From Bacteroidota bacterium (GTDB taxonomy: Bacteria > Bacteroidota > Rhodothermia > JANXDC01): a stretch of DNA of 64,000 nucleotides. Position 1 is the stretch's first letter; each line of letters begins with the position of its first letter. The stretch covers positions 1,677 through 65,676 of the forward strand of contig JANXDC010000001.1 of the NCBI GenBank assembly GCA_025059945.1, read 5' to 3'. Below the pieces are notes generated by a model, which worked only from the letters and a program-made list of their open reading frames with translations, did no database searches and had not been told where the DNA came from. Made by a program: the position numbers and the translations under genes. This document shows, piece by piece, positions 1 through 9,184 of this stretch.

Positions 1-2
1 TC

Positions 3-434
3 TTTCGCAAGCTCCTTCGGGAGGTCGGCCTGGAGGGGCGCTTCGAGGTAGATTCGGCCGGCACCGGCTCGTGGCACGTCGGCGAGCCTGCGCATCCGCA
101 GACGCGTCGCATCCTGCAGGAGCATGGGGCCGATTTTCCCCATCGAGCCCGGCAGTTCGGCCCGGAGGATCTGGAGTACTACGATCACATTTTGGTCATG
201 GACAAAGAAAACCTGCGGAACGTGCTCTACTGGGATACGGCAGCTCAGCACGAGCACAAGGTGCGCTTGTTGCGCGCATTTGATTCCGATCCCGAAGACT
301 ACGAGGTGCCCGATCCCTGGGGCCAAGGGCGCAAGGCCTACGAACACGTATACGCGATGTTAGAGCGTTCCTGTCGGAACCTGCTCAAGGTCCTCGTGGC
401 CCAATACGCCCTAGAACCCCTTCCGGTTCAATAG
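3..434 (+). CDS. Low-molecular-weight protein tyrosine phosphatase family protein (5' partial)
   Basis: Frame is open from the window edge: FRKLLREVGLEGRFEVDSAGTGSWHVGEPAHP...DHILVMDKEN...EVPDPWG. The DSAGT and DPW/DPY motifs are typical of LMW-PTPs; the CX5R loop lies upstream of the window. Confidence 0.9.
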   Translation, partial: FRKLLREVGLEGRFEVDSAGTGSWHVGEPAHPQTRRILQEHGADFPHRARQFGPEDLEYYDHILVMDKENLRNVLYWDTAAQHEHKVRLLRAFDSDPEDYEVPDPWGQGRKAYEHVYAMLERSCRNLLKVLVAQYALEPLPVQ

Positions 435-451
435 CCAAACAGGCCCTGACC

Positions 452-1297
452 GTGCTGCTTGCCGAGCTGCGGGCTTGTCTTGGGGGGACCCCGCGCCGGA
501 TGCGCCCCTTGCGAGGGGGCTGCATCCACACCGTGTTGGCCGTGGAGCTTGAGGGAAACGAGACGGTCGTGGTCAAGCAAAACGCCGATGCGCCTCCGGA
601 TCATTTTGCGGCCGAAGCCGACGGGCTGCGGCGTCTGGCCGCAACAGGCTTAGTGCGCACGCCCGAAGTGCTGGCGGTGCATCCTCGTGGGATCGTGTTG
701 CGCTATATCGCCCCCGGTCCGGAGACGGATCATGGATGGGAGACTCTGGGTCGGTCTTTGGCCGCGCTTCACGGCGTTCGCGGCCCCGGCTTTGGGTATG
801 AGCGCGACAACTACCTGGGGCTCTGGCCTCAAGCGAATGGGTGGACGGCCGACGGCTTGGCGTTTTTCCGGGAGCGCCGCCTGGAGCCCCTCCTGCGGAC
901 GCTGCCCTTGTCGGAGCAAGAGGCGCGGGCGGCGCGGTGGCTATTGGATCACCTGGAGGAGCTACTTGCGGGGTGCGCCGAGGAGCCCGTGCTTTTGCAC
1001 GGGGATTTGTGGTCGGGCAATGTACACTTCGACGCCCACGGGCGGGCCTGGTTGCTGGATCCGGCCGTTTATTACGGCTGGCGGGAGGCGGAGTTGGCCT
1101 TCACGCGTCTTTTCGGAGGGTTCCCGGATCGGTTTTATCGCGCCTACGAAGAGGCGCATCCCCTTAAGCCGGGCTTCTCGGAGCGCATGGACCTGTACAA
1201 TCTGTATCCCCTCTTGGTGCACTGGAAGCTCTTCGGCGCCTCATATCGGTCCTCGGTGCGGCTCCTGTTGCGTCGTTACGTACCCTTCGCCCTCTAA
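452..1297 (+). CDS. Fructosamine kinase family protein (ketosamine 3-kinase)
   Basis: GGCIH, FAAEADGL, LLHGDLWSGN, LDPAVYYGWREAELAF and LYNLYPLLVH motifs. Confidence 0.92.
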   Translation: MLLAELRACLGGTPRRMRPLRGGCIHTVLAVELEGNETVVVKQNADAPPDHFAAEADGLRRLAATGLVRTPEVLAVHPRGIVLRYIAPGPETDHGWETLGRSLAALHGVRGPGFGYERDNYLGLWPQANGWTADGLAFFRERRLEPLLRTLPLSEQEARAARWLLDHLEELLAGCAEEPVLLHGDLWSGNVHFDAHGRAWLLDPAVYYGWREAELAFTRLFGGFPDRFYRAYEEAHPLKPGFSERMDLYNLYPLLVHWKLFGASYRSSVRLLLRRYVPFAL

Positions 1298-2095
1298 CTT
1301 GATCGCCCCGAGCACAGCTCCCACGAAGGCCTCTGGCTGCTCGCGCATGGGCAGATGTCCGGCCTCGGGCACCACAATCACCCTTGCCCTGGGCAGGCGC
1401 TTGCGGATCCTGCTTGCCCAGCGCAAGGGCAGCAGCCGATCGGATGCACCCCAGAGCAGGGTTACGGGCGTTTTGAGGCGATCTGAAAGGTTGCGGCGCA
1501 GGCCCCAGCGATCCAGATCCATCCATCGGGAGGAGCGCACAAGGGCCGCCAACGTGTCCCGATGGGATCGGCGCTGTTCGGGGTCCGCATCCGGCAAAAG
1601 CAGGCGCAGGAGCAGATGGGCCATGACGGGATGCGAGAAAAAGCTCCTGAAGACCGTGCCCAGCCCGGGCACGTGGGCCAAGAGCGGAAGCTTTTCAGCG
1701 GGATGCCAGCCGGCGGGCGCGACCAGGATCAGGTGGCTGAGGCGCTGGGGATGCCAGAGGGCTTGCGCCAAGCCGATTTTTCCGCTCAGCGAGTGCGCCA
1801 CAAGAGGGGCTCGTTCGATGCCCAGCGCCTCTTGAAAAGCGCATAGCAGGCTTACGTATAGCGGAAGGCTGTAGCAAATGTTCCGAGGCCGTTCGGATTC
1901 GCCGAAGCCCAAAAGATCAAGCGCATAAAGCGTATAGCCGGCCTCGGCCCAGTATGGGGCGGTCATCCGGTACAGGCGGCCGCTTGCCCCAAAGCCGTGA
2001 AGACCAACGATGGGGCGACCTTCCGGGGCTCCCGCCCGGTAGAAGCGATGGCGGAAGCCCTCAAGCCTTATCGTGAAGGCCTCAAAGTCCCGCAT
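1241..2095 (-). CDS. Alpha/beta fold hydrolase
   Basis: LHGFG oxyanion motif, DLLGFGES, AHSLSG nucleophile elbow, WGASD, AGHLP. Confidence 0.88.
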   Translation of the reverse strand: MRDFEAFTIRLEGFRHRFYRAGAPEGRPIVGLHGFGASGRLYRMTAPYWAEAGYTLYALDLLGFGESERPRNICYSLPLYVSLLCAFQEALGIERAPLVAHSLSGKIGLAQALWHPQRLSHLILVAPAGWHPAEKLPLLAHVPGLGTVFRSFFSHPVMAHLLLRLLLPDADPEQRRSHRDTLAALVRSSRWMDLDRWGLRRNLSDRLKTPVTLLWGASDRLLPLRWASRIRKRLPRARVIVVPEAGHLPMREQPEAFVGAVLGAIKLEGEGYVTTQQEPHRGPI

Positions 2096-2831
2096 CCTGT
2101 GGGGTGCCGTCTAGCAGCGCAGCGAGCGCCACTTCGGGAGGTTCTAGGCGCTCGAGCACGCGCCAGGCCCCGACTTGCCGAAGCGCCTCGGCCCCGTAAG
2201 GACCCGTGGCCACGGCCAATACGCGGACCCCGTACGGAAGACCGCAGCGTACGTCGTATTCGGTGTCCCCGACTAGCAGGGTTTCTTGGGCCGTGAAGTT
2301 TCGCCGCGCATAGGCGGCGGCGCGGGCCCAAGCGATGGGCAAAAGCCGATCGCGCTCCGCATCGTCGCTGCCGAAGGCCCCTAGCAAGGGGGGGTCCGCA
2401 TCGTTCGGGGTCTTCCGCTGTCGCGGAAAGTATTCTAAAAGCCCCGCCGCCGCTAACTTCAGCCGAGCGCCGGCTTCGAGGTTGCCCGTAAGCAGGCCTA
2501 AAAGCACCTCAGTACGCGCTCGCAGGCCCTCTAAAAGCGCGCGCACACCCGGCAGCACCTCTACGTGTTCGGGCCGCAGCTCCTCGGCCAGACACACAAG
2601 GTATCGCCTGAGGGCCTCCGGCAGTCCAGCCGCGATCTCTTCTTCGGGCACCCCGCCTAGACGGGCCAGGTCCCGGAAGATCTGCGGATCGGTCTTGCCC
2701 GCAAACGCGTAGCCCTGAGCGGAGATGCGACGCCCGAAGACCTCCTGCAGGATCGTTTCCACCAGGGGTCGGCTGCGGCCGCGCACGCGCAGCAGCGTTC
2801 CGTCGATGTCGAACAAAATAAGCCGCTTCAT
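2082..2831 (-). CDS. HAD family hydrolase (phosphoglycolate phosphatase-like)
   Basis: LFDIDGTL motif I, LLTGN motif II, VGDTEYD motif IV. Confidence 0.9.
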   Translation of the reverse strand: MKRLILFDIDGTLLRVRGRSRPLVETILQEVFGRRISAQGYAFAGKTDPQIFRDLARLGGVPEEEIAAGLPEALRRYLVCLAEELRPEHVEVLPGVRALLEGLRARTEVLLGLLTGNLEAGARLKLAAAGLLEYFPRQRKTPNDADPPLLGAFGSDDAERDRLLPIAWARAAAYARRNFTAQETLLVGDTEYDVRCGLPYGVRVLAVATGPYGAEALRQVGAWRVLERLEPPEVALAALLDGTPQDAGL

Positions 2832-3607
2832 GGCTCCCAGGACACCAGAACGCGCTGGCCCACCTTAAGGTCGAAAACGCCAGCGGCTGAGCCCTCTCGG
2901 ATGGCCAGTTCGATGAAGCCGGCGCTGCCCACAATGGCCAGGGCTTGTCCCGGATCGACCGCCGCGTAGGCGGGCACAAGGCCCCGGCAGCGCAGGTCTT
3001 TGGCGGTGAACACGGGCGTTCGATTTGGGGGGAGGTCTTCGGGCCGGATGTTGGTGATGAGGTTGCCGAAGCGATCGACGTGCAAGATCTGGCCCACTAT
3101 GTACGCATCGCCGCGAATCGGCCGCGTCCACTGCGCCGGGGTAAGCTCCCGTATGGGGCTTCCGAGCGCTTCTAGGGGCACTCCGTTGGCCAGATGTGCA
3201 GCCACGGGGGCGAAGATATCCCGGCCGTGAAAAGTTCGGCTGACTTCGGGCCGAAACCATTCGGGTCGATCGAGCACGACGGCCTCAAAGGGCGACTCAT
3301 CGAGCAGAAGCTTTAGCAGCCCGTTATCGGGGCCTACGAAGTAGTAGCCGTTGGCCCGCACGGCTACGGGACGCCGTTGGCTTCCGACGCCCGGATCGAC
3401 GACAAACACGTGTATGGTCTCGGGGGGAAAGTGCGCGTAGGCATGCCGCAGCACGAAGGCTCCGTGCAGGATATCATGGGGCCGGATCTCGTGCGATAGG
3501 TCCACAAGGTGCACATCGGGGGCCCGGCATAGGATCTCCCCCTTCATCGCGCCCACGAAGTAATCGGCGGTGCCGAAGTCCGTTAACAGCGTGATAATGC
3601 GAGCCAT
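2828..3607 (-). CDS. SAM hydroxide adenosyltransferase (DUF62; SAM-dependent halogenase superfamily)
   Basis: ITLLTDFG, VVDPGVGSQRR, GPDNG, TFHGRDIFAP and DRFGNLITN motifs; start taken at MARIIT. Confidence 0.9.
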   Translation of the reverse strand: MARIITLLTDFGTADYFVGAMKGEILCRAPDVHLVDLSHEIRPHDILHGAFVLRHAYAHFPPETIHVFVVDPGVGSQRRPVAVRANGYYFVGPDNGLLKLLLDESPFEAVVLDRPEWFRPEVSRTFHGRDIFAPVAAHLANGVPLEALGSPIRELTPAQWTRPIRGDAYIVGQILHVDRFGNLITNIRPEDLPPNRTPVFTAKDLRCRGLVPAYAAVDPGQALAIVGSAGFIELAIREGSAAGVFDLKVGQRVLVSWEP

Positions 3608-3680
3608 GCGAACCCGAATGCCCATGCGCGCTTCAAGATAGGTCTCTTAAGCCTCCGGCGACAACGCGCTGCGTTCGGGC

Positions 3681-5987
3681 CTAGGGCCGGCCCAACCATA
3701 GAAGCGGCTGCTGTTTGCTGGGGCGACCGTCTACTAGGAGAAGCGCCAGATACCACCCTGCGGGTAGTCCTTTGGGGGAGCAGCGGATCTCATGAGCGCC
3801 CGCCTCATAGGTGCCCTCTAGGAATCGGCCCACAAGACGGCCCAGCACATCATAGAGGAGCAGCTGCACCCGGGCGGTGCGAGCCAGTTGCAGGCGCACC
3901 GTTATCGTATTTCGTGCCGGGTTGGGAAAAAAAGCCGGGTTTGGAGTTACGGCAAGCTCGCTTTGTCGGGACCAGCCCGTCGGGATGACCGAAGCAAGTT
4001 CGCGCGATTCGCTGTAAATCGATTGCCCTGGGCCCATCTCCAGACGGATCCGGTAATGGATACGCGCCCTAGCCGGCACAGGATCAAGATAACGTCCCTC
4101 GGGCTCGAAGCGTAGCCGTGCGACCGGAAAGAACGGCTCTTGATCCCGGGCGCGCTCGATAAGAAGGTGCGAGAAGCGGACGTCCGTTTGAACGCGCCAG
4201 CGTATGACGGCCGTCGTATCGTCTTGTCGGCTCACCTCCAGGGTGATCCGGCTCAAGAGGGTCGAGGTCCCCAGCACTTCGATTGCGCCCAGATCGGGCG
4301 CGGCTCCGTAGTAGGGAAGGCCTACGTCTCGACCGGCATCTAGAGCGGGGCTATTGGGGGGAGGTTCAAAGGCGCTTTGCCATTCCGATAGGCCGTTTCG
4401 TCCGACTAAGAAGGGACGCAATGCGGGATCGACATATCGGCTGTGGAGGTCTTGTCCGCTTATGGCTTGGTAGGCCTGCCAGGATAGGTCGGATTCATGC
4501 CATCGGACGACGGGGCCGCCGTCTGCGCGCCACCAGAGGTTGTAATCGGAACGAAAACCCGATCGGGCTTCGCCGTATACCTTCAGGGCCGGCGTTTGGG
4601 TCGTGCTCACGGCCAGGCAGTTCGTCAGCCGCACCGTGGTCGGGGCGTTGTCCTGGGGGATGTCGTTGACGAACCAGCCTGAGGCGAACTCCGCCATCAG
4701 AGTCGGTAGGTGCGTGTTATTACCCCAAGAGGTGCAGTGCAAATACTCCACCTCTTGCGCGTCCAGGGCCTGAAAGCCCGCCGAGAGGTTATCAAAGGCG
4801 ATACAGCGTACGTATTGGATACGCCGACTAAAGCGATCCGCAAAGAACCCCCAGGCTCCGTAGCGGGTGCGCACAGCGGGGTCACGGCCGATCCCGTTGG
4901 AGAACGACACGCAGTCTGAGTACGTAACGTCCTCAACGTCCTCGAACGTCGAAAAGCCCGATTCGTCGTCGCGGAGCAGCGCGTTGTGATGCGCGATGGC
5001 GCGTTGGACTTGCACTTGGCGCGTGCGCACCAGGTTTACGCCCCCAGCTCCGCAGTGGCTCACTTCCAGGTCCTCGATAAGCACGTTTTCGGCGTTGCGG
5101 ATCAAGATGCCCACGTCTTTTGCGCGCGTAACGGTAAGACGACGTAAAATAATGCCTACGTGTTTGCGGGACTCGTTTGCCTGCAGGAGCATACCCCGCA
5201 TCCCCACGTCGCGGATCACCACGTCCTCGACCACTAGTCCCCGTTGCCCCTCGTAGGCCCACACAAATCCGTCGCTGTGGCTTTTCTCGATGATGAGGTT
5301 TCGAAAGGTCCAGTAGCTGGAGTGCCAGATGAGCACGGTGCCACGGTTGTCCTCATAGGCGGCTGGGCCGTTTGAGCCCCGCAGGATGAGGTTTTCGATC
5401 ACGATATGGTGCCGATAGCCGCCGTCGCTGACGACGCAGTCCCGGCTGTCGTATTCGATCTGTTTGGTGTCGGGATGGCTATCGTCGAAAGTGCGCACGT
5501 ACAGGTAGCCGTTCTGGTAGGCCCACTGCCCGGGTCCATTTAGCGCCCCGAGGTCGGCTCGGCGCTGCAAGGGTTGCAGGTTTTCGAAGACCTGCCGAGG
5601 CTCCCAGCCTTCCCAAGGAGGGAGCACGGGGCAGCGGTAAATCCGACCCCGGTAAAGTTGCCATCCTGTGGCCACCTCAAGGGAGGTTACGACGACCTCC
5701 CCCAGCCGACGGGCTCGAAACGTAATCGGCGCACCGGGTCTGCCGCTTCGCCGCGGAAAGAGCACCTCCCGGTATACTCCGGGTAGCAGGATGACCGTAT
5801 CCCCCGGGCCGGCCACAGTGGCCGCTTTGCCAATAGTGCGAAAGGCCCGTTCCGGACTCCTGCCGTCGGCTCCGTCGTGACCCGATGGACTTACGTAATA
5901 GATTGTCTGCGCCAGCAGGGCATCCGTGGACCCCAACAGCGCCCAGACGATAAGCAGGATCCACGCGCGTGTTCGAATGCGCCTCAT
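3681..5987 (-). CDS. Secreted right-handed parallel beta-helix protein with T9SS C-terminal sorting domain
   Basis: Signal peptide; YYVSPSGHDGADG...PGDTVILLPGVYRE N-terminus; beta-helix repeats; SPALDAG...APDLGAIE; C-terminal FPNP...LYDVLGR...GLPAGWY. Confidence 0.85.
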   Translation of the reverse strand: MRRIRTRAWILLIVWALLGSTDALLAQTIYYVSPSGHDGADGRSPERAFRTIGKAATVAGPGDTVILLPGVYREVLFPRRSGRPGAPITFRARRLGEVVVTSLEVATGWQLYRGRIYRCPVLPPWEGWEPRQVFENLQPLQRRADLGALNGPGQWAYQNGYLYVRTFDDSHPDTKQIEYDSRDCVVSDGGYRHHIVIENLILRGSNGPAAYEDNRGTVLIWHSSYWTFRNLIIEKSHSDGFVWAYEGQRGLVVEDVVIRDVGMRGMLLQANESRKHVGIILRRLTVTRAKDVGILIRNAENVLIEDLEVSHCGAGGVNLVRTRQVQVQRAIAHHNALLRDDESGFSTFEDVEDVTYSDCVSFSNGIGRDPAVRTRYGAWGFFADRFSRRIQYVRCIAFDNLSAGFQALDAQEVEYLHCTSWGNNTHLPTLMAEFASGWFVNDIPQDNAPTTVRLTNCLAVSTTQTPALKVYGEARSGFRSDYNLWWRADGGPVVRWHESDLSWQAYQAISGQDLHSRYVDPALRPFLVGRNGLSEWQSAFEPPPNSPALDAGRDVGLPYYGAAPDLGAIEVLGTSTLLSRITLEVSRQDDTTAVIRWRVQTDVRFSHLLIERARDQEPFFPVARLRFEPEGRYLDPVPARARIHYRIRLEMGPGQSIYSESRELASVIPTGWSRQSELAVTPNPAFFPNPARNTITVRLQLARTARVQLLLYDVLGRLVGRFLEGTYEAGAHEIRCSPKGLPAGWYLALLLVDGRPSKQQPLLWLGRP

Positions 5988-6235
5988 GGCGACGTTCTTC
6001 TAAAGACCTTCTGGTCGCTTGCCACTGCTCCCCGAGTCGTCTTTCTGCTTCGCCTCGTGGGGCTTGAGTGCCAACAAACCTGAGAGCAAAATAAAGGCCA
6101 GTCAGGGAAGAGTAAAGCCTCTAGATTCGGGGTACAGGGGGGTCGAAATCGCGTAAGTCAATAAATCGTTACACCTCAAAGCCGCGCTCGTAGCGTTTCT
6201 TCGTTGCGGGGATTCGAAATAGGGAGCCAGAACAC

Positions 6236-9178
6236 ATGCGTCGATGGCTATTGCTGTTGCCTGTTGTGCTCGTGACGGGGACCGTTGAGGGAGCCCGTCC
6301 GGAGCGATGGCAACAGCGGGTTCGCTACCAGATGGAGGTGACCCTAGATCCCGCTACGCACCGGATGCGGGGATGGCAGCGTCTGCTCTATTACAACCAC
6401 AGTCCAGATACGCTCCGGCGCCTGTTTTATCACCTTTATTTCAACGCCTTTCAGCCGGGTAGCATGATGGACGTACGCAACCGTACCATAACGGATCCGG
6501 ATGCGCGCCTGGAGCGCATCCGCCGCCTCAGGCCTGAGGAGTACGGCTGGCACCGGGTGCGCGAGCTCACCCAGGACGGCAGTCCGGTATCCTGGCGCCT
6601 GCGGGAGACGGTCCTAGAGGTGACGCTGAACCGTCCCCTTGCGCCGGGGGATTCGACCGTGCTTGAGATGCGCTTTGAAAGCCAAGTGCCCCTTCAGATC
6701 CGCCGCAGCGGCCGGCACAACGCCGAGGGCGTCGACTATTCCATGGCCCAATGGTACCCGAAGCTTGTCGCCTACGACGCCGAGGGATGGCATCCGGACC
6801 CTTATGTGGGCCGGGAGTTTTATGGCATCTGGGGCGATTTCGAGGTGAAGATTCGGCTTCCGGCCCACTACGTGGTCGGGGCCACGGGTGTACTCCAGAA
6901 CCCCCAGGAGGTGGGACACGGCTATGCGGGCGATCCCGACATCGACGGGCGGCCCCGAAGCCCTCAGGACACGTTGACGTGGCACTTTCTGGCCCGCAAC
7001 GTGCACGATTTCGCCTGGGTCGCAGACCCCGAATTTCGGCATGAAGTCGTGCAGGGCCCGGAGGGCATCCGGATTCATCTGCTCTATCTGCCCGAGGTAG
7101 CCCCGCGATGGCGCCCGATGCGCCAATGGGTGCCGCGCATTTTGGAGTTCTGCATCCGCACCTTCGGCCCGTATCCGTACCCGCAGCTTACGGTTGCTCA
7201 GGCCGGAGATGGGGGGATGGAGTATCCGAACATCGTCTTCATCACGGGCCGCCGCAGCCCGATGAGCCTGCTCGGCGTCACGGTGCACGAGATTGTGCAC
7301 AATTGGTTCTACGGGCTGCTGGCCAACAACGAAAGCCGGGAGGCCTGGCTGGATGAGGGCTTTACGAGCTGGGCTACGCAGGAGGGGATCGCCTACGTGT
7401 TGGGTCTTAAGCCGGATCATACGGGTTCGTATGTGGCGTACCTGCGCACCGCCTTAAGCGGTCTGGAGGAGCCCATGGCCCTGCACAGCGATCATTTCGC
7501 CACGCATCAGGCCTATACGACGGCGGCTTACGCCAAGGGCGCCGTCATCGTGGAGCAGCTGCGTTCTGTGATCGGACCTGAGGCGCACGCGCAGCTGATG
7601 CGCCGCTACTACGAAGCCTGGCGTTTTCGACATCCCACGGCCCGCGATTTCGCCCGCCTGGCTGAGCGCGTAAGCGGCATGGAACTGGACTGGTACTTTA
7701 TGCAGTGGCTTTACACGACGCGCAAGCTCGATTACGCTGTAGAGCACATGCGTCGTCGGCCGCTCCCGGACGGCCGCTGGGCTGTGGAAGTGCGGCTGCG
7801 CAACCGAGACCTGGCGCTGGCTCCGGTGGACTTGGCTTTGCGGCTGGCCGACGGTTCGATTCAGCGGGTCCACATACCCCAGCTCATCCAATGGGGGCAC
7901 CGGCCCTTGGCTGCCCGAGAACGCCTGGGCGATCCTTGGCGCTGGACGGATCCCGTCTACGTGTACCGGGACACTCTGCCGGCCCGGCCCGTGCGCGTGG
8001 AGCTGGATCCTGAGCTTCGGCTGCCGGATTACAACCGGCTCAACAACGTGTGGGGTCGCCCCGGCCCGGTGCGCTGGTCCTTTCTTGAGCCCGTAGAGCC
8101 CGGTTGGAGGCACTACCACGTAGCTTGGCGTCCAGCCTTCTGGTACGCCTCGCACACGGGCCTGCGCCTGGGTCTGGATCTGGATGGGGCCTACTTGTTT
8201 GGAGATCGCGCCATAAGCGCCACGGCTTGGATCCAGTCGGGTCCCCTCCGCAAGCCGCGGCCCGGCCTAGAGGCGCAGGCGAGCGCAAGCCGGCAGTTAA
8301 GCCCCTACGCGCAAAGCGCGCTGCGCTGGGCTCGGCTCTGGGGCATAATGGAGCTGCGCTGGACGGCCCAGCTTCGGCATTCGGTCTTGCCCGGGCCGCG
8401 CAGAGGCGCCCTAGAGCTCATGCTCACCTATCAGCACGCCCCTCAGAGCCGCTTTCGGGGTCCGGGCTTTCAATGGGAACCCCGTCAAGAGCTTACGCTG
8501 GGGCTCGCCCTGCAGGAGTCGGACCGGTTCGGAGGCGGAGGCCGGCTGCAGCTAGAAGGCTCAAACTCGGGGCTGCGGGCCATGCTGTGGCGGCAATGGG
8601 TATGGCCGCTAGGCCAAGATGCGCTCATCGGAAGACTTCTTGCGGGGTCAGCCGGCTCCCGCATTGCAGCCCACAAGCGCTTCCTGCTGGGCCTGGGCAC
8701 CCCTGAGGCCCAGTGGCGCAACGCGGCTTACGCGTATCTGTCGAACGCCGGCCAGCCGATCCTGCAAGATAGCTACGCGCCCGTACACGGCTACGGGCCC
8801 GTCGGGCGCGGAGCAAGCCGGTGGCAAAGCGGCACTCATGTGCTGAGCGCAAGCCTGTCCTATGTACGTTCTGCCCCTCTGGGCAGAGGGGAGCTTATCA
8901 GACCGCTTCGGCTTGAGCTTATGGGAGCCCTGGGTGCGCTATGGAATGGCTCCTGGCGCGATCGGCTTCGCTCGGCCGCGGGCTGGCAGCTAGAGGTGGC
9001 GGCCGCCCTCGGGTATCGGATCCGCGAGTTTGCCCGCTTGTCGCGATGGGTGGCTCAGTCGGAGCTGCTGCGGACGCTAGAGGTGACGGTGCGCCTGCCC
9101 CTGCTAGCCGGGCACCTCTCGGAGCCGGTTCTCAAGGTTCAGCAGCCGTACTTGGGGCTGCTGGTAGCCCCCTGGTAG
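6236..9178 (+). CDS. M1 family zinc aminopeptidase with long C-terminal extension
   Basis: Signal peptide; GGMEYP; HEIVH-X18-E (WLDEG); YAKGA. Confidence 0.9.
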   Translation: MRRWLLLLPVVLVTGTVEGARPERWQQRVRYQMEVTLDPATHRMRGWQRLLYYNHSPDTLRRLFYHLYFNAFQPGSMMDVRNRTITDPDARLERIRRLRPEEYGWHRVRELTQDGSPVSWRLRETVLEVTLNRPLAPGDSTVLEMRFESQVPLQIRRSGRHNAEGVDYSMAQWYPKLVAYDAEGWHPDPYVGREFYGIWGDFEVKIRLPAHYVVGATGVLQNPQEVGHGYAGDPDIDGRPRSPQDTLTWHFLARNVHDFAWVADPEFRHEVVQGPEGIRIHLLYLPEVAPRWRPMRQWVPRILEFCIRTFGPYPYPQLTVAQAGDGGMEYPNIVFITGRRSPMSLLGVTVHEIVHNWFYGLLANNESREAWLDEGFTSWATQEGIAYVLGLKPDHTGSYVAYLRTALSGLEEPMALHSDHFATHQAYTTAAYAKGAVIVEQLRSVIGPEAHAQLMRRYYEAWRFRHPTARDFARLAERVSGMELDWYFMQWLYTTRKLDYAVEHMRRRPLPDGRWAVEVRLRNRDLALAPVDLALRLADGSIQRVHIPQLIQWGHRPLAARERLGDPWRWTDPVYVYRDTLPARPVRVELDPELRLPDYNRLNNVWGRPGPVRWSFLEPVEPGWRHYHVAWRPAFWYASHTGLRLGLDLDGAYLFGDRAISATAWIQSGPLRKPRPGLEAQASASRQLSPYAQSALRWARLWGIMELRWTAQLRHSVLPGPRRGALELMLTYQHAPQSRFRGPGFQWEPRQELTLGLALQESDRFGGGGRLQLEGSNSGLRAMLWRQWVWPLGQDALIGRLLAGSAGSRIAAHKRFLLGLGTPEAQWRNAAYAYLSNAGQPILQDSYAPVHGYGPVGRGASRWQSGTHVLSASLSYVRSAPLGRGELIRPLRLELMGALGALWNGSWRDRLRSAAGWQLEVAAALGYRIREFARLSRWVAQSELLRTLEVTVRLPLLAGHLSEPVLKVQQPYLGLLVAPW

Positions 9179-9184
9179 GGCGCT

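Noticed and set aside
2828..3607. Fluorinase/chlorinase
   Set aside because: It keeps the Asp-Arg-His residues typical of DUF62 SAM hydrolases, and there is no secondary-metabolite context.
1..6000. CTAG appears less depleted than in many GC-rich bacteria
   Set aside because: Only a rough visual impression; it needs a Markov-corrected tetranucleotide count and is probably a genome-wide trait rather than a local signal.
6048..6074. CIRCE-like half site GAGTGCCAA, or a sigma54 -24 element on the minus strand
   Set aside because: The left CIRCE arm matches only 4 of 9 positions, there is no -12 element, and the flanking genes are not chaperones.
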